This document shows, piece after piece, positions 16,804 through 27,395 of a stretch of DNA of 64,000 nucleotides. Numbering within the stretch: position 1 is the first letter of the stretch; each line of letters starts with the position of its first letter. The notes below the pieces were generated by a model that saw only the letters and a program-made list of their open reading frames with translations, was not told where the DNA came from and made no database searches. Made by a program: the position numbers and the translations under genes. This stretch comes from an uncultured Gammaproteobacteria bacterium (GTDB taxonomy: Bacteria > Patescibacteriota > Patescibacteriia > UBA11705 > DATKZF01): the NCBI GenBank assembly GCA_964411255.1, contig CAYPKD010000005.1:109631-173630 (forward strand), read 5' to 3'.

Positions 16804-18690
16804 ATGAACAAAAAGGCAAAAATTTTAAAGACTGCTTTATTTTTAGGTATTGTCATCATGGCAATAGGTTTTTTAGTACCTGATTTATGTTTTGCCCAGG
16901 AAGAAGCGTTAACGGTTGTTGGTGAAGAAGCAGGGGTTGAGACAGGTGAGCCGCTCCCAGTATTGATTGGCAAAATAATCCGAATATTCCTTTCAATTTT
17001 AGGAGTGGTTTTTTTATTGATTTTTATTTATGCTGGCTATCTTTGGATGACAGCTGGCGGTGAGGCAGAAAAAGTTGAAAAAGCAAAAAAATGGATGACC
17101 AATGCAGTGATTGGATTAGTTATTTGTTTGTTTGCTTTTTCCATAGTTACGTTCATTATAAATCGTTTAATGGAAGAAGTATTTGAACAACCTGCGCCAT
17201 CATATTATGCCGGATATGGCAGCGGAGGATCAGGCTATGGCGGTGGCGCTTTGGGAAATGGCGTAATTGAAGACCATTATCCGCCAAGAGATGCGAAGAA
17301 TATGCCGAGAAATGTTTTTATTATGGTTAAATTTTATGAGCCGCTAAAGATTGAGAGCGTAATGGATAATGCAGAATCCTGCGGTGATTTAGGTGATCAA
17401 TGGTGTGGAGGCATAAATTATGCAAACATTCGAATTTTTAAAACTGAAGATGCTGAAGAAGATGGTGCGCCACCATCAGATGTTAATAAATTAGTAACTA
17501 AAGGAGAGATGGGATTAACTGCTGATAAAAAGATATTTTTCTTTAGACCCTTCTGTACACCAGATGATACTTCAGAATGTTTAGGCAGTTCAACCACTGA
17601 GACTGATTATAGTGTTTATTTAACATCAGGCATTCAGGGTGAAGATGGTAGCGGTATTTTTGGAGAATTTAATGATTATGCATGGATTTTTGAAGTTGGC
17701 ACCTATCTTGATTTAACTCCGCCAAAAGTTACCAGTGTATATCCAATGCCGCCTGAAAATGATCCTAATCAGGAATTTTTTGCTAATTCAATAATCCAGA
17801 TTAATTTTAATGAAGCAGTGCTGCCGCCATCAGTTACCACTACTAGCGGTGAATCGCCAGATAAAAATAATTCTATTTACATTGCTTATGATAAAGAGAT
17901 TGAGGAAAAATTTGTGGCCGGTACATTTAATGTTGGTTTAAATCAGTTTAAGACTATTGAATTTGTTCCATTAGAAGATTGTGGAGAGGGAATTACAAAT
18001 TCCTGCGGTGAAACTCCAAAATGTTTGCCTCGAAATTCGGCAATTGAACCATATTTAAAATCAGCCAGTGTAAATAGTGAAGGATTAACTAATTTTCCGT
18101 TCAACGGCTTAGTTGATACAGCCGGAAATTCACTGGATGGAAATGAAGACGGCGTTGCTCAAGGGCCGACTGAAGATGATTATACCTGGCTTTTTAGAAC
18201 AAGCGCAGATTTAGATTTGATACCTCCAGCAATTTTAAATGATGTCAATGCATTACGGCCTACTTTAGCTGAAGGTGAAGTTCAGCCTGATGCACAAGTA
18301 GCTGCATTTTTTACTGAGGGATTGAGTGCTAGCTATGTAAATAGCAAAACAGCAGGCATAACCGGTGATAATTGGGCAAAATGGTATGTTTCTCATTTAC
18401 TAAATGAAATTGTTGATGTTGATGAAAACGGACAGGAATATACTGAAACAAATAATACAGCAATTGACATAACTCATGGTGATTTTGATAAAGCGCCTGA
18501 ACCTCCTCCTGGAGAGCCGGAAAATCCTTTTAAATATTATCCGACTATGACTTCAGCCATTAGAGATTTACAGCAAAATTGTTTTTATCCTGCTTCTGGA
18601 CCTGGCTGTACTGATACTTCAGGCTCTTGCTGCCCTGATGAAGCTGGAACGCAGGGAGCAACGACTGATCCATCTTGCGGTTACTATTAA
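16804..18690 (+). CDS. T4SS/VirB2-like pilin fused to Ig-like (Big_5-type) domains
   Basis: Signal peptide ...CFAQ; pilin motif IYAGYLWMTAGGEAEKVEKAKK..NAVIGL; repeated PP.V....P / I.F.E / Y.W.F Ig-like motifs; paired Cys. Confidence 0.8.
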   Translation: MNKKAKILKTALFLGIVIMAIGFLVPDLCFAQEEALTVVGEEAGVETGEPLPVLIGKIIRIFLSILGVVFLLIFIYAGYLWMTAGGEAEKVEKAKKWMTNAVIGLVICLFAFSIVTFIINRLMEEVFEQPAPSYYAGYGSGGSGYGGGALGNGVIEDHYPPRDAKNMPRNVFIMVKFYEPLKIESVMDNAESCGDLGDQWCGGINYANIRIFKTEDAEEDGAPPSDVNKLVTKGEMGLTADKKIFFFRPFCTPDDTSECLGSSTTETDYSVYLTSGIQGEDGSGIFGEFNDYAWIFEVGTYLDLTPPKVTSVYPMPPENDPNQEFFANSIIQINFNEAVLPPSVTTTSGESPDKNNSIYIAYDKEIEEKFVAGTFNVGLNQFKTIEFVPLEDCGEGITNSCGETPKCLPRNSAIEPYLKSASVNSEGLTNFPFNGLVDTAGNSLDGNEDGVAQGPTEDDYTWLFRTSADLDLIPPAILNDVNALRPTLAEGEVQPDAQVAAFFTEGLSASYVNSKTAGITGDNWAKWYVSHLLNEIVDVDENGQEYTETNNTAIDITHGDFDKAPEPPPGEPENPFKYYPTMTSAIRDLQQNCFYPASGPGCTDTSGSCCPDEAGTQGATTDPSCGYY

Positions 18691-18716
18691 ATAAAAACCA
18701 AAATAAAATATAAATA

Positions 18717-21700
18717 ATGAATTGGTTTAAGAAAAATAAAAAGTTATTGCTAGGGTTATTAATAATAGCTGGTGTTTTTGTTTGTCTTAATTTTGCGTTA
18801 GCACAAGATACAGGTTTAGAAACAGTAGGCGAAGAAGCTGGTATTGAAACAGATGAGGATATTAGAGTACTTATTGCCAGGATTATTCGAATTGTATTTG
18901 GATTTTTAGGCGTGATTGCTTTACTTTTAGTATTGTACGGCGGTTTTGTCTGGATGACAGCTGGCGGTGATCCAGAAAAAGTAAATAAGGCAAAAAAGAT
19001 TTTAATTAATGCCTTTATTGGATTGGCAATAATGCTTTTAGCGTTTTCAATTACTTCGTTTATTATTTCAAGATTGCAGGAAGCAGTTTTAGGTCCTCCA
19101 TCTGAGTTTGAGGACGGTGATGGTTTTGACGGCGATGGCGGTATTCCTTCCGGAGCTTTTAAGGTAAAAAGTATTCAGCCAGTTGGTGCTTTGCCAATTT
19201 ATAATGTGGTAGTAAAAGCATCGTTTAATCAAAAGCTTGACCAGGAAATGGACGATGAATTACTGCAGAATAATTTTGAAGTTTATGATGTGGCAGATGA
19301 TCGGCTTGTATCAGGCAATGTGGTTATCAATAATTACACTTTAAGGTTTACTCCAAACCAGCCATGCCCTGAACCAAATGAGGATTTATTTTGTTTTGAT
19401 AAATTAAAAACGTACAGAGTGACGTTAAAAAGCGGAATCAGAGATGAAACCGGTGATAATCTGTTCTGCGGTCTGGGTAGTGTTTGTTCAGTAGAATTTA
19501 GAACCGGTGAATTAATTGATACTCAAGAGCCATCAGCATATATTACTTCTCCATACAATAATGAAAAGATTTGCAATGAATTTTTTGATGCAATTGCTGA
19601 TGTTGATGATGACAGCGCAATATCAATTGTAAATTTTTATTTAGATGATCAAAATATTGGAACAGCAGCTCCTCCTTCAGACGAGATTGTATCTTCATTT
19701 ACTGCTTTATTAAATTTTGAAGTTCCTTTGGCTGAAGAAGGTCCGCATACTATATATGTTGAAGCTGAAGATATTGATAATAACATGACTCAGTCAAATT
19801 CAAAGACATTTATTGTGCCAATAGCCCATTGCTGCAATGAAGTACAGGATTCTGATGAGACAGGAATAGACTGCGGTGGAGTAGATTGCGGATCATGTAT
19901 GGGAGAACCCTGTGACACTGATGATGACTGCGCTGACGGATTTTGTAGTGATGGAGTCTGCGTCAGCTATCCGACGATTACCAGTTTATCTCATACAGAA
20001 GGAGCGGCTGGAAATCTAATAACAATTTGGGGATCTGGGTTTGGAGGTTATGTAGAGGGACAGAGTAAATTAGAATTTACTGGTCCTGGTGGTACATTAG
20101 TTGAAGGAGGCATTGGATGTGACCCGGCAAGTAGCTGGACAAAAAGTCAGGTAGTGGTAAAAGTGCCTGATGATGCAGTGACCGGTCCATTAAAAATTAC
20201 TAATGCAGCTGGATTTTGGGACGATACTATTAATGATCGAGGCTGGCAGGGAGAGTTTATTTTAAATCCTGATCTTTCTTGGCCAGGTCTTTGTAATGTG
20301 GTAAATGCTGAGGGTGTAAATGAAGGAGAGTTTGAACAGATTGTAACAGCCAATGGAGAAAATTTTAACACTGCCCAGGGAAGAATTTTATTTGGAGAAT
20401 TTGAAGCTCCAATTACTGGTACTTGGTCTGACACTACTGTTACAGGCATTTCCTTGCCAAACATAGTACCAGGCCGGACATTAGTAAATGTAGAGTTAGC
20501 AGCAGAGCAACTAAGCAACCCTGTAGAATTTTATATATTATCAACTGAAAAGCTACCAAATATAGAACAAGTAATCCCAGATAATGGTGGCATAGGTCAA
20601 TATGTAGAATTAATCGGTACTAATTTTGGCAATTCACCAATTCCAGTTTTCTTTTTAAATGAAACTCTGGAAGGCGGTCAAATGATAGCAGATACAGTAT
20701 TTCCAGAAGGTTGCTCTGACAGCTATTGGTCTGATTCAAAAGTAATTATAAAAGTTCCTCCTGGGATTTCTCTGGGGCAATTTTTAATTCAAATGAAATC
20801 TGAAAATGTGGAAAGTAATCAAATGCCGTTTACAGTAACAGACGCACCTCCTGGTCCTGGAATTTGCGGGCTTGATCCTGATAATGGACCAGTCGGTACC
20901 TTTGTTGATGTTTTGGGAGAAGGTTTTGACATAAATGGAACAATACAGTTTTCAGAAAATCAGCCTGGCACAATTTCTGAAGCTTTAGATACTCTTATTC
21001 AAACAAGAGTGCCAGCTTTGGCTGTGTCTGGCCCAGTTCAATATTCTAATGAAGAGGGCGTTAGCAGTAATACACTGAATTTTAATGTTGGCGCTTGTAC
21101 GCCTGAATCCTGCCAGGAGAAATCTATTTTAGAAGGAGAAATATTTGAATGCTGTACCACAGGCGTTTGTCAGCCAGAAGGTGAGTGTGAAGACGTAGTG
21201 GGAGCTGGCGACGCGGAATATGTATGGATGTTCAGCACTGGCAAGCTACCGATCGTGCCAAAAGTAATTGAAGATCCTACTTGCGCTGACAATATTCAGT
21301 CACCATCTCCATGGATTGATTCTGAAGATGCCTGCACCAATGCTTTGATTGGCGCTAGATTTAATATTGATGTTCAAATGGCTAATATGCCATCAAAGAT
21401 AAAAGTTGCCAGATGTAATAATCAAAATGAAGAATGTTCATTTGTAAACTGCCAAAGTATTGATTCAGACTGTTTTGAAGAAACAGTAACCACTCTAAAA
21501 ACTGCTGGTACAGAAAATAATGGATTTTTAAGCAATTATTTTGTGGTTAGTTCATTAAGCGGTAGTCCTTCTCTTCTGCCAAATAGGTGGTATCAGGTTA
21601 CGATTTTAGGTGGTGACAATGGAGTTAAAGGTTATAATAATGTGGCCATGCCTCAGGATTATGTTTGGCGATTTAAAACAAAAGAAACACCGTGTGAAAT

Positions 21701-24700
21701 TGCAGATGTTATTGTTGAACCATCACCAGGGCAGATCGATGAATTTGAAGGCACTGAACTGTTTAATGTATTTGGCAAGGCAGAAAATTGTAATATTTTA
21801 GATGCTGGACTTTTTGACTGGGACTGGCAGCTGACAAATGAAGCAGATAAAGCAAGTCTTCAAACAATAACATATACTGATACAATTAATGTCACTAATG
21901 AACAAGGAGAAGAAGAACAGCAGGAAATTGTCAGAAATGACCAGGCAGAAGCAACTGGCCTTGGAGAAACTGATGATGAAAATCCAGTAGTAGTTGACGC
22001 TGCTACAACAAGCGAAGAAACTGGTGTTACTCAATCAGATGATGCAGAGCTTTTTATTGACTTTACAGATCCTCGGGTGATTGATTATGGTCCAGAATGC
22101 GATACAGCCTGTATTAATGCTGAAATTTGGGCAACTTTTAATACGAAAATGGATGAAAGCACAATGATAATACCAAATCTTCGCGGAAATTTGGAAAATA
22201 TTTTTATATATAAATGTAGCGGTCAAAATTGTTTGGGATTAACCTCAGTAACAGCTAATTTTTTTGGTACTTACCAGGAGGCAACAAAAACAATAAAAAT
22301 TAATATACATGAAGATTCAATTTTTGATTATTTAGAGCCGAATACTTATTATCGAGTTTTAATAAAAGATGATGTCCAGAGCCAAAGCGGCATAAATTTA
22401 ACAGGTCTTAATTTTGATCATGATAATGACGGGTTTAATGATTCTTTTTCCTGGATATTTAGGACCAAAAACGATGATACGCCTTGCGACATGGATAGAG
22501 CTGAAGTATTACCACCTGTTTATGAAACCTCCACTCCGCTTGAGCAATTAAAATATTTAGTTAATGCCCGCGGCGCTCCAGACGAGTGCAATCCGAACGG
22601 ACAGCTGTTAAATCCGTTTGATTTTAACTGGTCTTGGGACAGTACCAAAACTACAGTAGCGGAAATTACCAGTGAAAATATAAGCACTGAATTCCCAGCG
22701 GATACTTGTTCAGCTGAATGCTTGAATTTAGGAAGCAGTGTGATTGAATCAATTTGTGGCAATGGCGGATCACCTGATTATGCAGAGGAATGCGACGATG
22801 GCAATTCAAATGATGGCGATGGCTGCAGCTCAAGATGTTTATTTGAGCCAGTGGCTGATATCAATGAGGGCGGCACTTGCGGCAACGGACAGCTGGATAC
22901 ATTTGAAGAATGCGATTATGCAATTACTGAAGATGCAGATATATGCACTCCTGGATGCCAATTAGCAGGTTCATCAATTAGCGGCTATGATTGCGGTAAT
23001 AATAATGTTGACCCAGGAGAAGATTGTGATGATGGGAATAATTCAGCTGGCGATGGATGTTCCAAAGAATGTTTATGGGAAGGTAGTGATTATACATTTG
23101 ATCAAATACAACAAATTTCTATCTGTGGTAATAATCAAGTAGAAGCTGGAGAAGACTGTGACGATGGTGATTTTGAATCCGGTGATGGCTGTTCTTCAAA
23201 ATGTCTTGCAGAAGGCAGCCAGGCTATTTGCGGCAATGGCGGTGATCCAGAAGTGGGAGAAAATTGCGATGATGGCAATACTGAAGACGGCGACGGTTGC
23301 TCAAGCGTTTGTTTAAATGAAGGTTCAGATTGGGCCTATGGTTCATTCTGCGGTAATGGAATTGAAGAGACTGGCGAAAGCTGCGAAGCAGAAGGCGGAG
23401 ACTATTTTGGATCACCAGAGCAGCTGGTAACAATGACTGAATCTTTACCAGCAGGTACAAATGAAGATACTACAAATATTATCGCTCAGGCAGAAAATTT
23501 TGCTGGTGAAACGAAAGAAGGGACAGGAAATTTAACATTTATCCAGCCTTTTTGTGTAAGTATTGACCCATCATTTACAGAATTACCAGAACCAGGCTCA
23601 ACAGATGTTTGTCGAAATACAGCGATTCAAATAATTGTAAATCAGCCAGTTCAGCAATCAGGCATTAATGAAGCGATAACCCTGGAAGGACCTTGCTCTG
23701 CAGTAGAACAGCCTGAAGCCAGGGTTCCAAATGAATTAAGGCCTATTAAGTGGATTAAAAAAATAGTAAGGAGAATAAAGCAAGTTTTTTCTCCGTCAGC
23801 CAATGCATTTGGGTTGGTGTTTGACTGCACAATAGAAATAGATAAAATAAATGTGGTGGAAAATGATGATCAGACAACCATAACTGTATTTCCAAAGGAT
23901 TTACTTCCGCCATCTGTTTCTATTAGAGTAGATTATTCTGGCCTTAAAAATTTATGCGGAGAATATTTTGGCATAAATAATTTTATCTTTACAACCGGAC
24001 CAGAAGAAAAGATTTGTTTGGTTGATTTTGTCAATGTAAATCCTCCTGATAAATTTATCACTGAAGCAGATTATCAGCAGACGTATCAGGCTGAGGCAAA
24101 GAGTAATGATGCCAGTGCTCCGCTTAATCCGATTCCTGGATTTTATAGCTGGTCATGGTCTTGGAATTTAGAAAGTAATGATTTAGATATACCAGACGAT
24201 ATTCAAATAATTTCATTATCAACTATGGGACCAGAAGGAGAGGAGATTATTCCTGATCAGAAATTATTGGAAACCGGAGGAGCTAATGGTCAGGGTGATA
24301 TGATTGCCACCGCCAGCATTGAAGAAAGCGAATTTGGAGATATAGGAAATGACATTGTTGGCAAAGGTCACTTTACAATTTTTATTTGTGAAAATCCGTG
24401 GTCAGAAACGATGGAAGACGAATTCGCACGTATGCAATGGATATATGATGGTTGGTGGAAGAACTTTGCATTTAATTTTAAGACTTTATATTGCCGTGAT
24501 TATGGTGATCCTGATAAAACTTCAGATGATTTGCCAAATTTAAAGGTTATCAAAGCACCTGAACCAGAGTTTGCGGCAAGTCCTTGGGATGAACCAGATC
24601 CTGTAGTCATAAAAGAATATTTTTTACTTAGAGATGATAATTCACCAGACGCGATTGCGCTTCGGGTTTATACTAATAAAGAAGGTGTTAGCCCAGGACT

Positions 24701-25487
24701 TTGGTATGATTTGCATGTTCCAAATCCGGGCCAGTATGGTGAGTTGAATGTGGATTGCCTGGCGCAAAATGGTGACTTGTATTGCTACCGTGGCATTCAA
24801 GACGGACGAACCGTATATATTTCCGCATCAAATATGCCTGATGCTGGAGTAGATGTGGAATGTGAAGAATCTGATGGAGGGGATTTTGAATGTCTGTCAA
24901 GGTCTCCAAGTGCGTTTTATAATAATATTTTTGTCTTTTCATACAGTGAAAATGCAGATACTCAAACTTTAGAGATGTATAATCAATTATTAAATAATTT
25001 ACGATTTAATATAAATATTCCAGATACTTTGCCAGAAGATAAATTAAGCATTATTCGAGATACGCAAAGAATACATGACATGGTGTATATTCGAGGATTA
25101 GTTAATAGCTATTTTGATCAAAACGGCCGTGTACCTCTCCTCAATACCGATGGTTCATTTATTCCTGGCACATATGTAGGTGGACAGGCAGTAAGCACCT
25201 GGCCTTCATGGGATATAGTGTTTGGTAATATGCTGGGTACTACGATCTTGCCAAAGGATCCACTCAATGATTTTGGACCGCAATGTGCTGCTAATAATTT
25301 TGATGCAGACACCTGCTATAATTCAGAAACCGAACAATTTTTTAATGATTACAGTAAAAAGAAAGCATATGTTTATGATTATAAAATAGCTGAAGGCGGA
25401 TATTTAATATATTTAAATTTAGAAAATGACTTTGAAGCTATGTTCCCGTCTATTTGTACTGATTTAACGGGCGTTGTTTGCAATTAA
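18717..25487 (+). CDS. Giant surface protein: VirB2-like pilin, Ig-like/IPT domains, Myxococcus-type Cys-rich repeats, type IV pilin-like C-terminal module
   Basis: LYGGFVWMTAGGDPEKVNKAKK; IPT-like ITIWGSGFG and VELIGTNFG; CGNG..EECDDGN..DGCS repeats; RDTQRIHDM..I..LVNSYFDQNGRVP. Confidence 0.8.
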   Translation: MNWFKKNKKLLLGLLIIAGVFVCLNFALAQDTGLETVGEEAGIETDEDIRVLIARIIRIVFGFLGVIALLLVLYGGFVWMTAGGDPEKVNKAKKILINAFIGLAIMLLAFSITSFIISRLQEAVLGPPSEFEDGDGFDGDGGIPSGAFKVKSIQPVGALPIYNVVVKASFNQKLDQEMDDELLQNNFEVYDVADDRLVSGNVVINNYTLRFTPNQPCPEPNEDLFCFDKLKTYRVTLKSGIRDETGDNLFCGLGSVCSVEFRTGELIDTQEPSAYITSPYNNEKICNEFFDAIADVDDDSAISIVNFYLDDQNIGTAAPPSDEIVSSFTALLNFEVPLAEEGPHTIYVEAEDIDNNMTQSNSKTFIVPIAHCCNEVQDSDETGIDCGGVDCGSCMGEPCDTDDDCADGFCSDGVCVSYPTITSLSHTEGAAGNLITIWGSGFGGYVEGQSKLEFTGPGGTLVEGGIGCDPASSWTKSQVVVKVPDDAVTGPLKITNAAGFWDDTINDRGWQGEFILNPDLSWPGLCNVVNAEGVNEGEFEQIVTANGENFNTAQGRILFGEFEAPITGTWSDTTVTGISLPNIVPGRTLVNVELAAEQLSNPVEFYILSTEKLPNIEQVIPDNGGIGQYVELIGTNFGNSPIPVFFLNETLEGGQMIADTVFPEGCSDSYWSDSKVIIKVPPGISLGQFLIQMKSENVESNQMPFTVTDAPPGPGICGLDPDNGPVGTFVDVLGEGFDINGTIQFSENQPGTISEALDTLIQTRVPALAVSGPVQYSNEEGVSSNTLNFNVGACTPESCQEKSILEGEIFECCTTGVCQPEGECEDVVGAGDAEYVWMFSTGKLPIVPKVIEDPTCADNIQSPSPWIDSEDACTNALIGARFNIDVQMANMPSKIKVARCNNQNEECSFVNCQSIDSDCFEETVTTLKTAGTENNGFLSNYFVVSSLSGSPSLLPNRWYQVTILGGDNGVKGYNNVAMPQDYVWRFKTKETPCEIADVIVEPSPGQIDEFEGTELFNVFGKAENCNILDAGLFDWDWQLTNEADKASLQTITYTDTINVTNEQGEEEQQEIVRNDQAEATGLGETDDENPVVVDAATTSEETGVTQSDDAELFIDFTDPRVIDYGPECDTACINAEIWATFNTKMDESTMIIPNLRGNLENIFIYKCSGQNCLGLTSVTANFFGTYQEATKTIKINIHEDSIFDYLEPNTYYRVLIKDDVQSQSGINLTGLNFDHDNDGFNDSFSWIFRTKNDDTPCDMDRAEVLPPVYETSTPLEQLKYLVNARGAPDECNPNGQLLNPFDFNWSWDSTKTTVAEITSENISTEFPADTCSAECLNLGSSVIESICGNGGSPDYAEECDDGNSNDGDGCSSRCLFEPVADINEGGTCGNGQLDTFEECDYAITEDADICTPGCQLAGSSISGYDCGNNNVDPGEDCDDGNNSAGDGCSKECLWEGSDYTFDQIQQISICGNNQVEAGEDCDDGDFESGDGCSSKCLAEGSQAICGNGGDPEVGENCDDGNTEDGDGCSSVCLNEGSDWAYGSFCGNGIEETGESCEAEGGDYFGSPEQLVTMTESLPAGTNEDTTNIIAQAENFAGETKEGTGNLTFIQPFCVSIDPSFTELPEPGSTDVCRNTAIQIIVNQPVQQSGINEAITLEGPCSAVEQPEARVPNELRPIKWIKKIVRRIKQVFSPSANAFGLVFDCTIEIDKINVVENDDQTTITVFPKDLLPPSVSIRVDYSGLKNLCGEYFGINNFIFTTGPEEKICLVDFVNVNPPDKFITEADYQQTYQAEAKSNDASAPLNPIPGFYSWSWSWNLESNDLDIPDDIQIISLSTMGPEGEEIIPDQKLLETGGANGQGDMIATASIEESEFGDIGNDIVGKGHFTIFICENPWSETMEDEFARMQWIYDGWWKNFAFNFKTLYCRDYGDPDKTSDDLPNLKVIKAPEPEFAASPWDEPDPVVIKEYFLLRDDNSPDAIALRVYTNKEGVSPGLWYDLHVPNPGQYGELNVDCLAQNGDLYCYRGIQDGRTVYISASNMPDAGVDVECEESDGGDFECLSRSPSAFYNNIFVFSYSENADTQTLEMYNQLLNNLRFNINIPDTLPEDKLSIIRDTQRIHDMVYIRGLVNSYFDQNGRVPLLNTDGSFIPGTYVGGQAVSTWPSWDIVFGNMLGTTILPKDPLNDFGPQCAANNFDADTCYNSETEQFFNDYSKKKAYVYDYKIAEGGYLIYLNLENDFEAMFPSICTDLTGVVCN
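22756..23390 (+). repeat. Coding tandem Cys-rich repeats (DUF4215-like)
   Basis: About six CGNG/CGNN...E.CD(DG) units. Confidence 0.75.
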
Positions 25488-25522
25488 TAATAAAAGAATA
25501 TCTAAAAATAAAAAGATAAATT

Positions 25523-26248
25523 ATGCCAAATGAAACAAACAGTCCTACTCCAGGACAAACTCCACCAACTCCGCCAGCATCAGATGAACCAAAAGATATT
25601 TTCGCTGAAGTGGAAGGAACGGCACCAGCTCCAAGCGCAGCCGCCGGACCGGCTCCTGTCCCTACTCCTGCACAGCCAAAGGCTGCGTCAAAAAGGCCTC
25701 AGGTCACTGGTGCACCTGGTGGTCCGTCAGGAGGTAAAAAAGTAGTAGTTATTGTTTTAATGATCGTCTTTATTGCAATTGTTGCAATTGTCGGGTACTT
25801 TATATATAGTCGCTATCTAGCTGTTTCAGATGAACCAGCAGCGCCAACCATACCTACTGTACCGACAAATACGGCTGTTCCAATTAATACTACCCCAGAA
25901 GTTCCTGAAATACCTGTAAATGAAGAGCCAGAATTGCCTGTTGTTCCCAAAGAGGCAACGAAAGAGGTTACTCCAACTCCAGGAGAAGATATGGATACTG
26001 ATAATGATCGATTATTAGATGAAGAAGAAACGCGCCTAGGCACTGATCCGACTGAAATTGATTCTGACAATGATAAATTGACTGATTATGAAGAAGTAAA
26101 AATTTATGAAACTGATCCTTTGGATCCTGACTCCGATGATGATGGTTTTCAGGATGGCGAAGAGGTTGCAGGTGGTTATGATCCGTCAAATCCGGCCAAA
26201 GGCGCCAGATTACCCGGATCTCCAATCCCAGATGGAATAATTGAATAA
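25523..26248 (+). CDS. Membrane-anchored Pro-rich protein with Ca-binding (TSP3-like) repeats
   Basis: Single TM; DTDNDRLLDEEE, DSDNDKLTDYEE, DSDDDGFQDGEE. Confidence 0.8.
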   Translation: MPNETNSPTPGQTPPTPPASDEPKDIFAEVEGTAPAPSAAAGPAPVPTPAQPKAASKRPQVTGAPGGPSGGKKVVVIVLMIVFIAIVAIVGYFIYSRYLAVSDEPAAPTIPTVPTNTAVPINTTPEVPEIPVNEEPELPVVPKEATKEVTPTPGEDMDTDNDRLLDEEETRLGTDPTEIDSDNDKLTDYEEVKIYETDPLDPDSDDDGFQDGEEVAGGYDPSNPAKGARLPGSPIPDGIIE

Positions 26249-26330
26249 ATAATATATATTAAAATAATAAGCGTACAAATACGACATAATGTTTTATTTT
26301 TTCAAAAATTAATTATTAGTGAATCGTGAT

Positions 26331-27395
26331 ATGGTAAATGACAATAAGGAGGAAGAAGTTCGAGTGATGCCTAAGTCTGACTTTGGGCATACTGACAAAA
26401 CAAAAGAATCAACAAAGCCTGCGTCTCAGCAGGCAACAAGTAGGCCATCAGCAGCAATGCCACCAGCATCAGACAGGGCAGGAGAGCCAATGAGTACAAA
26501 ACCAAAAAGATCCTGGATGAGGGCAGTGATTATAATTTTTGTTATTGCACTTATAGCTGCGTCAGGTTATTTTCTTTATAGTGCTTATAAGCCTGCAGAA
26601 CCTCAATCTCCTTTAGTGCCAACAGAGCCGGACGAAATTGAGGATGAAGAACCAAAAGCATTGCCTCCTACTACACCAGAAGAAGTTGCTACCCCAGAAG
26701 CGACAGTTGCTACTTCAGAAGCTGTGCCAGAGGTTGCCACTGAAGATGTGTTTCCAGACATCGTCACCGGTTCAAAAGATACATTTAAGTATGGTGATAT
26801 CTCAGAATTATCACTTGACATGATATCTTCCCAGGATAGTGATGAGGATGGACTAACTGATATAGAAGAGCGGCTTTTTGACACTGAGCAGCAAAATAAT
26901 GATACGGATGACGACTCCTATTTTGACGGAGCTGAAGTAGTAAATTTATATGATCCAAGAGCAGGTGAAGGAGCTTCACTTCAGGAAAGCGCTTTAGTGA
27001 AAACATTTGTTAATGAGAATTATAAATATACCATAATGTACCCAGAATCCTGGTTTGCAAAAGGCACTGACAAGTCAAATCTTGAGGTTGTGTTCACTTC
27101 AGAAAATAATGAATTTGTTTCTGTTTGGATTGAGGAAAATCCATCAAATCTTTCCCTAAAGGATTGGTATAATAAGCAGGCGCCAAATGTTGAACCGCAA
27201 GACCTGACTGAATTTATCAATAAGAACGGAATTGTCGGATTAAAAAGCCCTGATGGTTTTACCATTTATTTCAGTAAAGACGAGTTTGTCTACATTATTC
27301 ATTATAATATTGGATTAAAAGATAAGGCAGATTATCCGAGCGTATATCAAATGATGATTGAGAGTTTTAATTATGTTGTAAATCAAAGAGGATGA
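26331..27395 (+). CDS. Membrane-anchored protein with TSP3-like repeats and PsbP-like C-terminal domain
   Basis: TM; DSDEDGLTDIEE, DTDDDSYFDGAE; Y.YTIMYPESW...MIESF. Start GTG 26319 or ATG 26331. Confidence 0.75.
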   Translation: MVNDNKEEEVRVMPKSDFGHTDKTKESTKPASQQATSRPSAAMPPASDRAGEPMSTKPKRSWMRAVIIIFVIALIAASGYFLYSAYKPAEPQSPLVPTEPDEIEDEEPKALPPTTPEEVATPEATVATSEAVPEVATEDVFPDIVTGSKDTFKYGDISELSLDMISSQDSDEDGLTDIEERLFDTEQQNNDTDDDSYFDGAEVVNLYDPRAGEGASLQESALVKTFVNENYKYTIMYPESWFAKGTDKSNLEVVFTSENNEFVSVWIEENPSNLSLKDWYNKQAPNVEPQDLTEFINKNGIVGLKSPDGFTIYFSKDEFVYIIHYNIGLKDKADYPSVYQMMIESFNYVVNQRG

